The notes below the pieces were generated by a model, which had not been told where the DNA came from, searched no databases, and saw only the letters and a list, made by a program, of their open reading frames with translations. A stretch of 64,000 bases of DNA from positions 251,924 to 315,923 of the forward strand of contig JAAOMT010000222.1 of the NCBI GenBank assembly GCA_016748015.1, given 5' to 3'. Below, piece by piece: positions 1-13,459 of this stretch. Made by a program: the position numbers and the translations under genes. The stretch's first letter is position 1. Each line of letters starts with the position of its first letter. This DNA is from Geosiphon pyriformis uo1 (lineage: Eukaryota > Fungi > Glomeromycota).

Positions 1-3000
1 ATTATTGCAATATTATAAAATAATTCAAAAAAGATATATATTATTAAACCAAACAAAAAAATAGCACAGGCAATATTTTTGCCTCTGGTTAAAATAGCTC
101 AGTTAGTATTAGTGAGAACAAAAAAAAGTTAAAGATTACAACAAAAAGAATAAAAAGATTTGGATTTACAAATAAAGTAAAAATGCCAGTCAATATAACA
201 AAAAAATTATCTCCATCTATTAATTAATTTTTATTTTACTATATAACTAGTATATATTAATTATAAAAAGGAAAGTGAAAGATCAACTTCAGATTTTTTA
301 AGCAAAAATAAACATTTGTAAATTAAGTAAGATTGACATCACTAATCTCTATATACCAGCCAAAAATCATAGACATATTAAAATCCCAATATATAATACA
401 ACTAGAGACTCCATAGAAATACTAAGTAAAATTATCATTAGATATTTAAGCACTAAAGTTGAAAACCAATTATTAACCACTATTTCAGACTTTTTACAAT
501 TGTGTAAATATGTGGATATTATATTACAAACCATATATAGATAAGAAAAATATTATTTGTTACAATCAGAGCAATTAAAACAAATAAACTTGAAAATTTA
601 GACCCACTTTAACATATACAATTCAAAATGCTACTCAACAATTTCACTAATGTCTTTGTTAATAAAAATGAATTTAGCAGAACTAATATCATCTAATACA
701 AGATCAAAACTAAAAATATAATGTTAATTAAACAAAAAGCATACAAAATACTACTAGCCAGCCATAAAATCATCTAACAAAAAATCAACAAAATGTTAAA
801 AAATGGGTTAATTTAATCATCAATAAGTCCATAACTATTACCAATAGTATTTGTTTAGAAAAAAATAGAAAGATCTGTTTTTGTATAGATTACAGAAAAC
901 TTAACAGTATTACTTATAGAAACAGTTATTTTACTTCATAAATCCAAAAACTATTTAATCCTTTTGGAGAGAAAAAATAGTTTTTAATATTAAACTTAGA
1001 TAATAATTACTGGCAAATAGTCATAAATTCAGCTAATAAGAAGAAAACAGCATTTATTATAAGAGAAAAAAACTTTGAATTTAATGTTATGCTATTTGGC
1101 TTAACCAATGCTCCAGTTATCTTCCAATGACTTATTAAAATTGTCTATATCAAATTACTATAAAAATTGGTAATAGTGTACTTAAATAACACTAATATGT
1201 TCTTAGAAACATTTAATGATTATTTTTATTATCTTCAACAAGTATTTAAAAAATTAAGAAGAGCTGAATTGAAATTAAATGCTATCAAGTGTTTCTTTAA
1301 AAAAACTGAACTCAAGTTTTTAGAACATATTGTAAGCAAAAATAACATAAAAACAGATTCAAACAAGATTGAAATACAATAGTTAAAAACTTTCTAGTAT
1401 CAACAAATCTTACAAAATTAAAAGCATTTTTAGAATTCGCTAAATACTATTATTACTTTATCCAAAACTTTTCCAAATTAGCTTAACTACTCTACCAGCT
1501 CCAAACAAAAAACATTAAATATGAATAAACTAAAACCCAACAAAAAACTTTTGACATCTTAAGAAAAAAGCTCATTCAAAATCTAATATTGATTTAGCCA
1601 GATTATAACAAGCCATTTATCATTATTATTAATGTATTTGGTCAAGCATTGAAAGCCATATTGTTACAAAAAAAAGCCAATAGATGAAAACACCCAATGC
1701 TATATGTCAGCTAAAGTTTAAGTCCAGCTAAAAAGAACTATAAAACTTTAGCATTGGAACACTTAGCTATCTATTGGACTGTTATCAAATAGAAGAAATA
1801 TTTAAGTCAAAAGTTTGATGTATACACTAATCACAAAAAATTAACATTAATTTAAAAGTAAAATTTGAAAACAATTATCATGCAAGATAGAAAATAGAAC
1901 TATTACTATTTAATTATACTATATATTATAAAAAAAGAAAAAAAAACAAAAATGTCAACAGTTTATTGTAAATAAGACAAATTTAAAACATTTTAATCCA
2001 AAAATATAACAAAGGATAAACACACAAAAATATTAACAAATCTAACATTATATCAATAATTAACAATTCAAAGAAAAATTATCTTAAAAAAAACAAAACA
2101 ACATAAAACAACAATTAAAATACTTTATTATTTACAAAATATACTATATTAGAAAAATAAAAAATATTCAGACCAATCACTCAAAATAATCACAGAATTA
2201 GAGAAAAAAACAATACTATTCAACATATACTTAAATTTAATATCAAAACATTTTCACAAAGAAGCAATTATAGAAAAAACCAAACAAAAATACTATTGGC
2301 TATTAATGTATTTAAACATTATTCAATATGTTTAAAATTGTGATATTTGTTAGAGAAAAAAAAAACCAAAACTCAGTAAACCACTAAGACCAATTAAAGT
2401 AAGACAATTATTTGATTGAATAGAAATTAACTTAGTTAGACTATTAATAATAATTAGAAGAAGCAATCAATATATAACAGTAGTGATAGACTATTTTACA
2501 AAATGACTAGAAGTGAAAGCAATTCAAAGAGCAAATGCTAAATCTATAGCTAAATTTATATACCAAGATTTGATTTGTCAACATAAATATTCAAAAAAAT
2601 TGTTATCAGACCAAAAAACTCACTTTGTAAACAAAACATTAACAGAATTAAGTTAAAAATTTGGAATTAAAAAACCACTATTATTATTATATCATTCATA
2701 AACAAATAGCTTAGTCAAAAGATTCAATAAAACATTGTATAAAATGATAGCCAAAATCAGCCAAAAAAACCAGGACAAATAGAATTTGTTTATATTATTA
2801 GTATTATTTGCTTATTAGACAATAAAGCAAGATATTATATAAGCAATACTATTTGAACTTATTTATGGTAGAACAGCAATATTATCAGTTAAAATAAATA
2901 TTAATACATATTTAATAGAACTAATAACAAAAATCAACTTTCAAAGAACATTATTAAGAAAAACATATAACTTAATAGAAACATTAGAAAACAAAAGGCA

Positions 3001-4896
3001 AAAAGCAGCTAATAACATTCAAAAATTACAAGCAAAACAAAAAAAACAACATAATAATCAATTATCAGATAAACCAGTCGAATTTAAAGTACTTTTACAT
3101 TATATTAAAGCAGAAAACAATAAAGTAGAAAATTTGACTCCAAATAAAATAAACTCTTTTATATTGAAAAATTCTAAGAAATAGAGCTTATAAATTAAGA
3201 TAAAACAACAAAATCTTAGCTAAAGCAGTACATAAAAATTAACTAAAACTATATTATAATATAGTATTATTATCTACCAGTAATATTTCACAACTAGAAG
3301 TACAATAAATATTAATCCAACCAGATGAAATTTCACAAGATTTAGAACCAATTATAATCATTAATACAAACACATTAAATTGATTTATAAGAACAGTATA
3401 TAAAAAACCAATATATACAACAAAAGCAAATAAAAAAATAGAAATTACTAACAATATTTACTTACTAGTCTAACAACTATTTCAACTGATCAAACATCAA
3501 AAACTGAACATAAAAATTACAATCAATCAACAAACCATTTAATATATAGAAAAAAAATAGAAACTCCAATACAAAATACAATATAAAATATACAGAATAT
3601 ATAAAAATATAGTAAAATATATAATAACAAAAGTAAAAATATCTATAAAAACACCAAAAACAATAATATTATACAAGAAATTAACAGAAAAAAATTGAAA
3701 ATAATAAACACAACAATTTCCAAGAAACTTTTACTATTATTACTTATAAAAAAAGCTCAATATTTAGAACTTATATACAGATAAAACAAAACAAATATTT
3801 AATACAACAATATTACAACAACTTAAACAATTTATTTATACAGATATAATCAATATACTAGTTACAAACAAGGTTTTAAAATTGTTTAAAAATACTGTTA
3901 CACCTAACAATAAACACAGTAATTATTAACCAATTAGAGAAAATTACCAATATTCAATTTAAAATTACAGACTAATATTGCCCAAATAATTTTCAAAAAA
4001 AAAGTTATAGAGTTAATTCAAAAGAAAAATTTAGGAGATTTAGAAAATTTTAACAGAACTCAATATTAAAAAAAAAATAATGTTACTCATAGAAATTAAT
4101 AATTATAATAATAAGTAAAATAGCCAATCAGAAATAGGTGTAGTAAAATAAGAAATTTTAAGATTCTCTTAGAAAATTGCAGGATTTCAGAATTTTAGAA
4201 TTCTCTTAAAAAATTGCAAAATTTTTTAGAAATTTCATATAATACAAATTATGTATATATAGTAAAAGTATTAGAAACAGAAAAGTATTTAGAATTTGAT
4301 AAAATCAGAATTCTAATATTTTTTTTTCAAAAGATAGTTTTCTATAACTTGAAATAAAAACTTATTAATATTAATAAAATATTAATAAAATATCTAATTA
4401 TCATTCAATTCATGTTATTATTACTTGATTAAGAATATTAATTACTTCTACACTATTAACACTCTATGTTAATAAATCTAATACTTAATTACATTAAACC
4501 AATAGTTTTTAATTATAATTATTAATAAAATACTAATTTCTTATTTTCTTTTTTTATTTTCTTTTGTTTTGTTTTTTTGTTGTTTATTAATTGATTAAAA
4601 AAATTAAATACTGAGTATTTGACATTATAGATAGTCTGATAAAAAATCTGAGAATAAGGATAAAAATTTAAGAATAACTTGTTAAAAGAATATAACTGCC
4701 AAAATAAACTGGCCACTATGCTAAAGAAAAAAATTCATAAAAAAAACCATCAATTAAATCTCTGTTTATTATATAAAAGACTTAACCAAAACTTTCAAAC
4801 TTCAAAATTTTCAGAAATTACCAACATCATTAGCTATTAAGTACCAAGTTATGAGTTTGTTATTTGTTTTAACACTTCAAATAATCACCTATAATA
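1..4896 (+). mobile_element. Ty3/Gypsy LTR retrotransposon E1 (family A), 3' half, heavily decayed: dUTPase remnant, RT, RNase H, integrase, ORF3, PPT, 3' LTR
   Basis: Collinear with E3 (25900-30953). KIAQAIFLPL dUTPase motif IV at ~58-87, RT VYLNN (YLDD) at ~1176, integrase from 2016, ORF3 3438-4069. LTR TGTTA (4081) to TAATA (4896), followed by GTGT and LINE sequence. Confidence 0.92.
4081..4896 (+). repeat. 3' LTR of E1
   Basis: Starts TGTTACTCAT after an A-rich PPT. Contains a GAATTC-like array and TGTATATATA. Ends AATAATCACCTATAATA, matching the E3 LTR end. Confidence 0.9.
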
Positions 4897-5237
4897 GTGT
4901 TTAATTTTTTAACCAGCTTACTAATTTGCTTTACAAGATTAGCAAAACTGTGCTCAAAAGTAGCAAATCTATTATTTATTTTTGACATAACTAATAAAAA
5001 ATGCTTATTTTTATAGTAGAACCAATTTTTAAAAACATACTATATAAAAAAAGCAGAAAAAATGAAAAATCACCAAAAGAAACTGGACAAGCAATAAAAA
5101 CTCAATATTTAGTATAAATGATAGCAAGCTTGTTTTGTCTATTTTTGAAAGAATTTTATAAGATAAATTACCTCAGAAGACTTTTTTATTATCAATACAA
5201 CCAATTAATGTATAACCCAGTTTTTTATACTTAGTGT

Positions 5238-6209
5238 TGTTACCAGTAGAATTTTAGCTATTAATTAGCATGAAATTACCCTTATAATTCCTATTATTAA
5301 TTAGCATATATCATTATCATTTCGATTATCACTTATTATTTAATCAAACTATCAAATATTATTATTCAATCAATAATTTGATTTGTACTCTAGAAATTAA
5401 GATGATCAAATTACACAATACCTTGAACCATTTAACATAGTCAAAATTTGTCGAAATTAATGAAAATTGGCCGAAATAATTAATAGTTCAGTGAAATAAC
5501 TTGTAGTTTGCCGAAATATATTTTTAGTTCACCCAAATTATAGAAAAAAGAAAAGTGCAAGTTCAAAAATTAGTACTACAACAAGTTGTATAAAAGAAGA
5601 GCTTTTCTCTTCAAGAAAATATATCTTCTTATAGTATCTTATTATAGCATCCTACTTTAAATATCTTAATTGAAACAAATCATCTTTTATATATTCAAAT
5701 AAAAATTAAATATTTGAAAACCAAATTCTTAAATTATTACACTTGAAATTCCCTCAACACAACTAACATTTTGAAATTGATTAGCTACTAATTTCAATAA
5801 ACTGTTAGTGATTCCAGGCCTGGACAGAAAACGGTTCTTTTAATAAAATCCCATTTTTTTTACATTTTTTTTATTTTTATTTTTATTTTCATATCATAAT
5901 TATTTGGGTAGTCTACAAACAAGATTCCTGTAGAAGAGTTGACTTTCACAGCAAAGTAACTACACATTTTTAATGAGCTTTCAGATGAGCAATTTTTGGA
6001 AAAGAGTTAACATTTATTATAATGTAACTACATAAAGCAACTGGCAAGGAATTGGCCATTCTACTTATAAGCCCAGCAATTCAAATTATAGGAGATAATT
6101 TGAAGATAAATTCAGTTACTGGAGGTCCAACTACTTCCTGGAAACGTGAATTCACAACAAATTAACATTAACAACATTTAAGAAAAGAGACCAAAAACCT
6201 CTAGTAATA
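5238..6209 (+). repeat. 5' LTR of E2
   Basis: TGTTACCAG...CTAGTAATA, near-identical to 14148-15116. TATA-like GTATAAAAG at ~5588. Confidence 0.96.
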
Positions 6210-6211
6210 TT

Positions 6212-6221
6212 TGGTGCTCTC
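6212..6221 (+). promoter_or_regulatory. Primer binding site of E2
   Basis: TGGTGCTCTC, 2 nt after the LTR end. Same first 10 nt as the PBS of E3 and E4. Confidence 0.85.
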
Positions 6222-6255
6222 CCACAGAAACAACACAGCAAAAAACAACTTCAAA

Positions 6256-9200
6256 GTGGCAATCACACCAGACACAACAACTCTAGAGTATTATCAGTCA
6301 ATCTACATTCACTGTAAGCAAAGATTCAACATTCCAGACGAAATTGAAGTTGTCAAAAAATCAGTATACCAATACATTGAAAACTGCATCAACAATTATT
6401 TTTTTGGAAACTACAACATTTCAGAAGCTAGAAGCAATCTCTACAATAATTTAGTGCACTATTCACAATTAGGAACAGAAGACCTGAACAGTAAAACACT
6501 TGCTACCTACTTCCAAAAACTTAATTTTAACATTATTGAGTATTGTGAAGAAAAATACTTAGTACAGCCCAAATACTCTTTTGATTTTGAATCAGAAACA
6601 AAAACAAGCAACAAAGGCAAACAAAAAGTAAAACAATACTCAAGAACTACTACAAACACTCCAACATTACCAAAGACAACTACCAAACACTTACAAACAC
6701 CTGAACAAGAAACCAGTATCAAATTACCACTTTTTATTACACCATTTCTAATTTCACTTGCTCGATCACAAACACCAAATTCACCACTCAACCATTTCTT
6801 TAGACCAGAAGATTTTCAGTCACCTAGAAATCTTACTTAACAGCAGAAACCCATATCAACAAGCACCAATATTATTAAATACTTACAGGAAAACGAAAGT
6901 AATCATTCAGAAAACTTGGAAAGTAAGAAAACTGAATCAGAACAAAAAAAAACCACAGAAAATAAAGAAAAAATGGCAACTGCTTATATTGCAAAGATTC
7001 CAGAATTTACTGGTAAAGATAATAATACCAGTCCTCAAGAATGGCTTGATAAAGTCCAGAAAGCAGGAGATACAAATGGTTGGAATGCAGCAAGAATATT
7101 TAAAGCAACCCCATACTTCCTCTAAGAAATTGCAAGAAAATAATTTGAAAATTTAGAAGAATTATTTGAAAACTGGCAAGCATTCAAAGATGCTTTCTTA
7201 CAACAATTCACTAATAACAACATCTCTATCACTCTTCACAATCACTTCCACAATATCAAACAAGAAACATTTGAAACTGTCATGACCTATCTTGGAAGAT
7301 TCAACAAATTTCTTTGACGAATTTGACAATTGGAAACCAATAACTACTATTCCAATGCTCAGATTTTGGATCAGTTTATAGCAGAATTAAAAGACAAATT
7401 GATTAAGAAAGTTCGTCCACATGCACCAACAGACTTAGCAATTACCATTAGACATGCAAAGAACTATAAAATAGCAATGGAAGAAGCAAACCACACCAAA
7501 CTTGTCAACTTAGCTATTGGAAAAACCAGCTCAGCAGCTGAAAAGAAGATAGACCAACTCACAAAGAAGGTTGAAAACTATTTTACAAACCAACAACAAT
7601 AGCAGTAATCACAAAGATATCAATCTCCACAATGATACAACCAAAACAATTTTGGATCACCATCCAACAACCAACCTCAAAATTGTCATTATTGTGAAAT
7701 TCCAAGACACTGGAAACAAGATTACAGAAAATTGCAAAGAGACCAACAAAACAGGAGTAATCAACATTACTCTTCATCACAACAATTTTATTACTAACCC
7801 CTACTACCAATATATTATTTACCAAGACCACCAAATCAAAACAGTTACTATCAACTAGCTCCACAACCAATACAGCAACAATATCAGCAACTTTTACCAA
7901 TTCAGCAATATTAGACACCATCCACTTAACAATATCAAGTACCAGCCAGAAGATTGGTTCAACATAACCAATTCATACTTCAAAATTAATTTCAGAATAA
8001 CAACAACAGAATTAACCCAAATAACCAGTTGGTTCTCCGAAATTTTGGTCAGCAAAAACCCAATCACTATCATACTTAACCCAGTTATCTTACAATGTCT
8101 GAAAGATCGGATTTCCAACAATTTGCACTTTTTGAAGGTAAAGTTGTAGCATCAAGATCAAACTCTTTCAACAATAACATTCTACCAGCCCAAATTGCCC
8201 AAAATGTTAACCTTTCAGATATTTTTTCATTCGAATTTGAAGCCAATGAATCACCATTCTTGCTTAGCAATACAGCAGTCAATAAACAAAAAACAATTAC
8301 AGCAATGTATACTGAAGTTGAAGTTGAAAGAAAACCAATTTGATTAATCTTAGACAGTGGATTAGCTGGAAGTATTATCACCTACCAATTAATGCAACAG
8401 CTTCAAAGAACTGTTGACAGACCAGCCCAAACTGTAATTGTTATTGCAAATGGTATAAAAAAGACACCAGTAAGAAAAATTGACAGTTTCCTATTTACTA
8501 TTGATGAAATCACTATTTTAGTCAAAGTTCTAGTTATAGATGCACTCTAACACCAAGCTCTCATCAGAAATGATTGGCTTCTCAAGGCCAATGCAAACTT
8601 AGATTAAGAAATCCAGGAATTGAAGATTTCATATTAAGGATAATACACTAGAGTACCTGTTACCTGTGGTATTTTTAATAAGAAAACTGAAAAAGCTCTA
8701 GTATTTGAATTTAAAGAGGAGAAAAAACTACCAGTTACTGAAATCTTTATGGCTCTTGGATCACCATCCAATTGGGCTAAAGAAACAGAACAAAAAATCT
8801 TTAAGGAAACCAGAGGATGGAATGTAGTTAAATATTCTACACCAGAACCACGGAAACAACCACCCCACATTCTACTCAAATGCAAAAATTGCAACAAAAA
8901 GCTTTTATCAATAAGAACATGTATTTCTCCAAAAGAGGAATATGAAACTCGTACTTTCTACTTTTGCAAAGCATACTATAGAGAATGGTTTGGATATCTT
9001 AAAAAGAGTAAAAAATGAGACAACACTCCTTGCTTCACATATGGAGATATGCTACCAGAAAAATGTAACTGGATTGATGTTGCAATGAGAGGAGGAGTAT
9101 GTAATCAAACCTGTCAATATGCTCTATCAATTTCAGAAAAAGTCAGAAGAGGAACACCATTCAATACAGCATACAACAGTGCTCTCAACAAATTGTATCA

Positions 9201-11863
9201 CTATCCTTATGATACTGAAATGATTTTTGATTTAACAATAGCATTAATTAATGGAGCCACCCAAGAAGATGTTTGCCAGATGAAAAAAGCTAAATACATT
9301 AAATATATTATAGAATTAGCTGGATTTGATTATAAAGATGAAGTAGAAACCTACCACCAAATTGCAAGCTATACATATCCAACCAAAGAAGCTCAAATTC
9401 AATAATTAGAGCAAATGCACATTCAATTATGTGAAAAATGTGTTATGCCTTGTGATAACCAATGGTGTTTAGAATGCTATGCTCTTAGCATTCCTCTGCC
9501 AGATAAGAATGATGAAAATGAAATCGAATTTGAAGTATTTGAATTGGTAGAAGAACTACCAATCACTTCTATCTATCTTCTTGAAAATCAACTGCCCCTA
9601 CAACTCAAATATTTCGACAACCATGGCCAAGGAATCAGACCAGAAAAAGCACACAAAATTAATACTGAATATGACCTAAGATATCTTGGCAAAGATACTT
9701 TGGTTCTTCAACCAAAGTTTTTGACAAAAATCAATCTCAAAATTGCTTTTGAAATTCCACCTAAAGCAATAGTTCAAATTGCATCCAGATCATTATTGGC
9801 AAACAAAGAAATCAACATTAGAAGAGGAGTTATAGATGCAGAATATACTGGAAACATTACTATCATGTTACAAAATAAAACAGATAAACCATTTAGGATT
9901 GAACATGCTGAAAAAATTGTTCAAGCAATTTACCTACCCTTAATCAACATTTTGGGTTTACAATTAGTTAACAACAGAGAACAATTGGGAAAAAATAAGA
10001 GAGGAATGCAAAGTTTTGGTTCAACTGGACGATTTACAGTGCCAGTAAACATAGCTCTCAATGCACAGAATGAATCCCACCAGAATCTTTCAACTTCTTC
10101 AACCAATTACCATTTCACTTTTTGGTGAACATTACGAAATTTACATTTGCTCAAAACCCACTACTACTCAACAAATCTTTGAATCCAATGAACAAATCTG
10201 TTTGAAGCATGAAATATCAATCCCAAACGTTTATATTCCCAAAGGAATGAAAAAATTTCGAGTTACATTCTACAACCCCAATAATTACTCTATTGTCTTA
10301 TTGAACAAATTAGAAATTGGAATAATACACAGTAATATCTTTCAAGATAAAAACCCTCAAATTGTCTCTAATTTCATCGAAATTGTAAGATATACACTAC
10401 TTTCAAATCCAAACATCATTCCTACTATGGAGAACTACCACCTTTTAGAAGAAAAACTCTCTCGAATCAACATGAGTCTCTTAGAACCCCAACAACAAAG
10501 ACAATTGAAACAGCTAATAGCTGAATTTGCAAATATATTTGCAAAAGACAACAATAACCTGGAAAAAACTGATATTATCCAACATCAAATTCACACAGAA
10601 GATGCTCTACCAAAATGACAACAAGCCTATCAAGTTCCACCTACTAGTCACCAATTTATTAGGGAGGAGATCCAAAAAATGCTCAATAACGGATTGATTT
10701 AACCATCAAGAAGTCCATGGGCTTCACCAGTAGTCCTTATCAAAAAAAACGGAAAATTCAGATTTTGTGTTAACTATTGACAATTGAATAGTGTCACAAT
10801 TAGAGATATCTACTCTTTTTTAAGAATTGATGACATGTTAGATGCTTTAGGAAAAACCAAGTTCTTCTCAACTTTAGACTTGGAAAGTGGATACTGACAA
10901 GTCGAAATGAACCCAAAAGATCGACCCAAAACAGCATTTACTATCCAAGAAGAGAACTATGAGTTCAATGTTATGTCTTTTGGACTCTGCAATGCACCAG
11001 CAATATTCCAATGACTCATGGATGTTGTATATGAAGAACTCTTGTGGCAATCAGTAGTTGTCTATCTTAATGACACTGATGTTTACTTACCAAGTTTTGA
11101 AGCTCATTTCATTCATCTGTGAGAAGTTTTTCAATAATTACAGAAAGCAGAATTGAAATTAAACATTGAGAAATGTCACTTTGAAAAAACAAGTCTAATC
11201 TTTCTTGGACACATTGTTAGCAAAAATGGAATCAAACCAAACTCTGGAACAATCAGTGCTGTCAAAAACTTTCAAACACCCAGAAATACCACAGAGCTAT
11301 GAGGATTTGTAGGATTAGCCTTCTACTATTGAAAATTCATCAAAAATTGTCAAACCACTCAATTATCTTACTAACAAAAATATGCCATACAAATAAACAG
11401 AAGAACAACAAAAAGCTTTTAAAACCCTCAAAACAAGATTGACAACAGCTCTAGTTCTTGCTTATCCAGACTTCAACAAATGGTTCCAACTAGCCACTGA
11501 TGCTTCACACATAGCATTTGGTGCCATTCTATTACAATTGAATAAAAATGGCCAGGAACAAGTTATTGCTTATGCTAGTAGAACACTCAAACCAACAGAA
11601 CTCAAATATGGCTCAACTGAACTAGAAGCTGCTGCAGTCATTTGGGCTCTTAAACACTTTCAACAATACCAAAAGAATGAAAAAGAGTTTGACATCATAA
11701 CCAACAATATTGGCCTTAAATGGCTCAATAAAAAAAAACTGAACAAAGTGTTAAACAGTCTTGATGGAATGATTTCCTAGCAGACTACAAATATATTGTA
11801 CATCACAAACCAGAAAAACTACACACCAATGTTAATAGTCTCTCAAGAATAAGACAAGATTAA
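6256..11863 (+). pseudogene. E2 ORF1: N-terminal extension, Gag, CCHC, aspartic protease, Cys-rich domain, dUTPase, RT, RNase H
   Basis: ORF fragments at 6211, 6916, 7330, 8095, 8749, 9049 and 9415 are all in one frame. Gag MATAYIAKIPEF (6973), CHYC-x4-H (7684), LILDSG (~8344), dUTPase motifs (9660-10030), RT SPWASP and YLND, RNase H ATDAS. Terminal TAA at 11861. Confidence 0.9.
9595..10035 (+). pseudogene. dUTPase domain of E2
   Basis: All five trimeric dUTPase motifs are recognisable: EYDL, SRSLLA, GVIDAEYTG, KIVQ and RGMQSFGSTG. Confidence 0.93.
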
Positions 11864-11907
11864 CACCACCAAATTCACTACAACTTACTATTACCAACAA
11901 AACAACA

Positions 11908-13293
11908 ATGGATCCCAGAAATTACAACAATCTTAAAAACTATTTGAAAACTTTTACCATGTCAGAAAATTGGTCTCCAAGTGAAAAACATTGATTACAA
12001 TACCAATTCAAACAATATTTCATATATCATAACAAAATCTATTACAAAAATTGTAGAAACCCAAACCAACCACTCAGATTAATACAGGAAAAAGAAAAAG
12101 AAACAATTCTATACAACATGTATACAGATCTTTCTTCAGCATACTTAAGAAGAGATGAAACAATTCAAAGAACTCTTGAACATTATTTTTGGCCTCACAT
12201 GCAAAAAGACATTTGACAATATGTAGAATCTTGTGATAGTTGTCAAAGAAGAGGAGGAACTTGCCCCACAGAATCTTTAAATTCAATCAAAGTTGGACAA
12301 CCTTTTGACAGAGTTGAAATTGATTTAGTCGGACCATTACCTATCACAACCCAAAGAAATTATTATAATGCAGTTGTAGTAAATTATTTTACCAAATGGC
12401 CTGAAGCTAGAGCCATTCAAAGAGCAGATGCAAAATCAGTAGCAAAATTCATTTATAAAGACATTATTTGTAGACATAAATGTCCAATTGAACTCTTATT
12501 AAATCAGGAAACACATTTTGTAAACAACTTGATACAAGAAATTTGTGAACAATTTAATGTCAAAAGACTTTTATTATCATCTTATCACCCCCAAACAAAT
12601 GAACTTGTAGAACATTTTAACAGAACATTGTGTGAATCTTTAGCCAAAGTCTCAACAGATTTTGAGCAGGAATGAGATATCTTTATTCCATTAATGTTAC
12701 TAGCATACAAAACACTAAAACAAAATACTATGAAACACACACCATTTGATCTTACTTATGGAAGGACAGCAACATTACCAATTAATTTCACAGTGGAAAC
12801 ATATCCAGTACAACCAATCAATAAAAAAAACTTCCAAAAAACACTCCAAAGAAGAGCCTACACTCTTCTTAGTATATTGGAAGGAAAGAGACACATAGCA
12901 GCCATTGATATTGAACACTCTCAAGTCCTACAAAAAGAAAGGCATGACAACAAATTACTACCAGTTACCAACGAATTTAAAGTTGGAAATAAAGTTCTCT
13001 TACACAGAACTAAGGCTAAAAAACAATGGAGTGGAAAATTTGAACATAAATGGAATGGACTATTTTATATTTACGAAATTCTAGGCAATGGATTATACAA
13101 GTTAAGACTTAATGACAAAGTACTAACAAAAATTGCACATGGAAATTAATTGAAACACTATTACTTTAGAAACAATCTTGAATCATTAATTCCACAAATT
13201 GGTACACATTCCCTTTTAATTAATTTTGAAAATATTCCTCAAAATTTAGAACCAATAATTATAATAGAACAACAACCAAACTTGAATACTTAA
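11908..13293 (+). pseudogene. E2 integrase, separate ORF
   Basis: ATG GAT CCC start, zinc-finger remnant (CDSCQR), core IDLVGPL and TNELVE, GPY/F-like KWNGLFYI. One frame with internal stops and no chromodomain. Confidence 0.9.
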
Positions 13294-13459
13294 TTTAACA
13301 TTTTCACAAATCTCTTTAAAAATACACAAAACATAAATCAAAAATAGTAAATAATTAGAAGAAACATTCAAACCCAAAAAAAACAAATAAAAACCCTATA
13401 CCCAAAATAATTTTCTTTATTTTTTTTCAAATTTTGTTTATTAGTTAGTTATTTTTATC

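Noticed and set aside
10075-10090. Programmed frameshift after dUTPase in E2
   Set aside because: E3 is in frame across the same region and there is no slippery heptamer, so it is treated as a lesion.
13100-13293. Chromodomain at the integrase C-terminus
   Set aside because: No chromodomain motif. The tail is short and ends LEPIIII.
6211-13293. Alternative genetic code explaining the in-frame stops
   Set aside because: All three stop types occur at different positions in different copies and match transition mutations. The host genes use the standard code.
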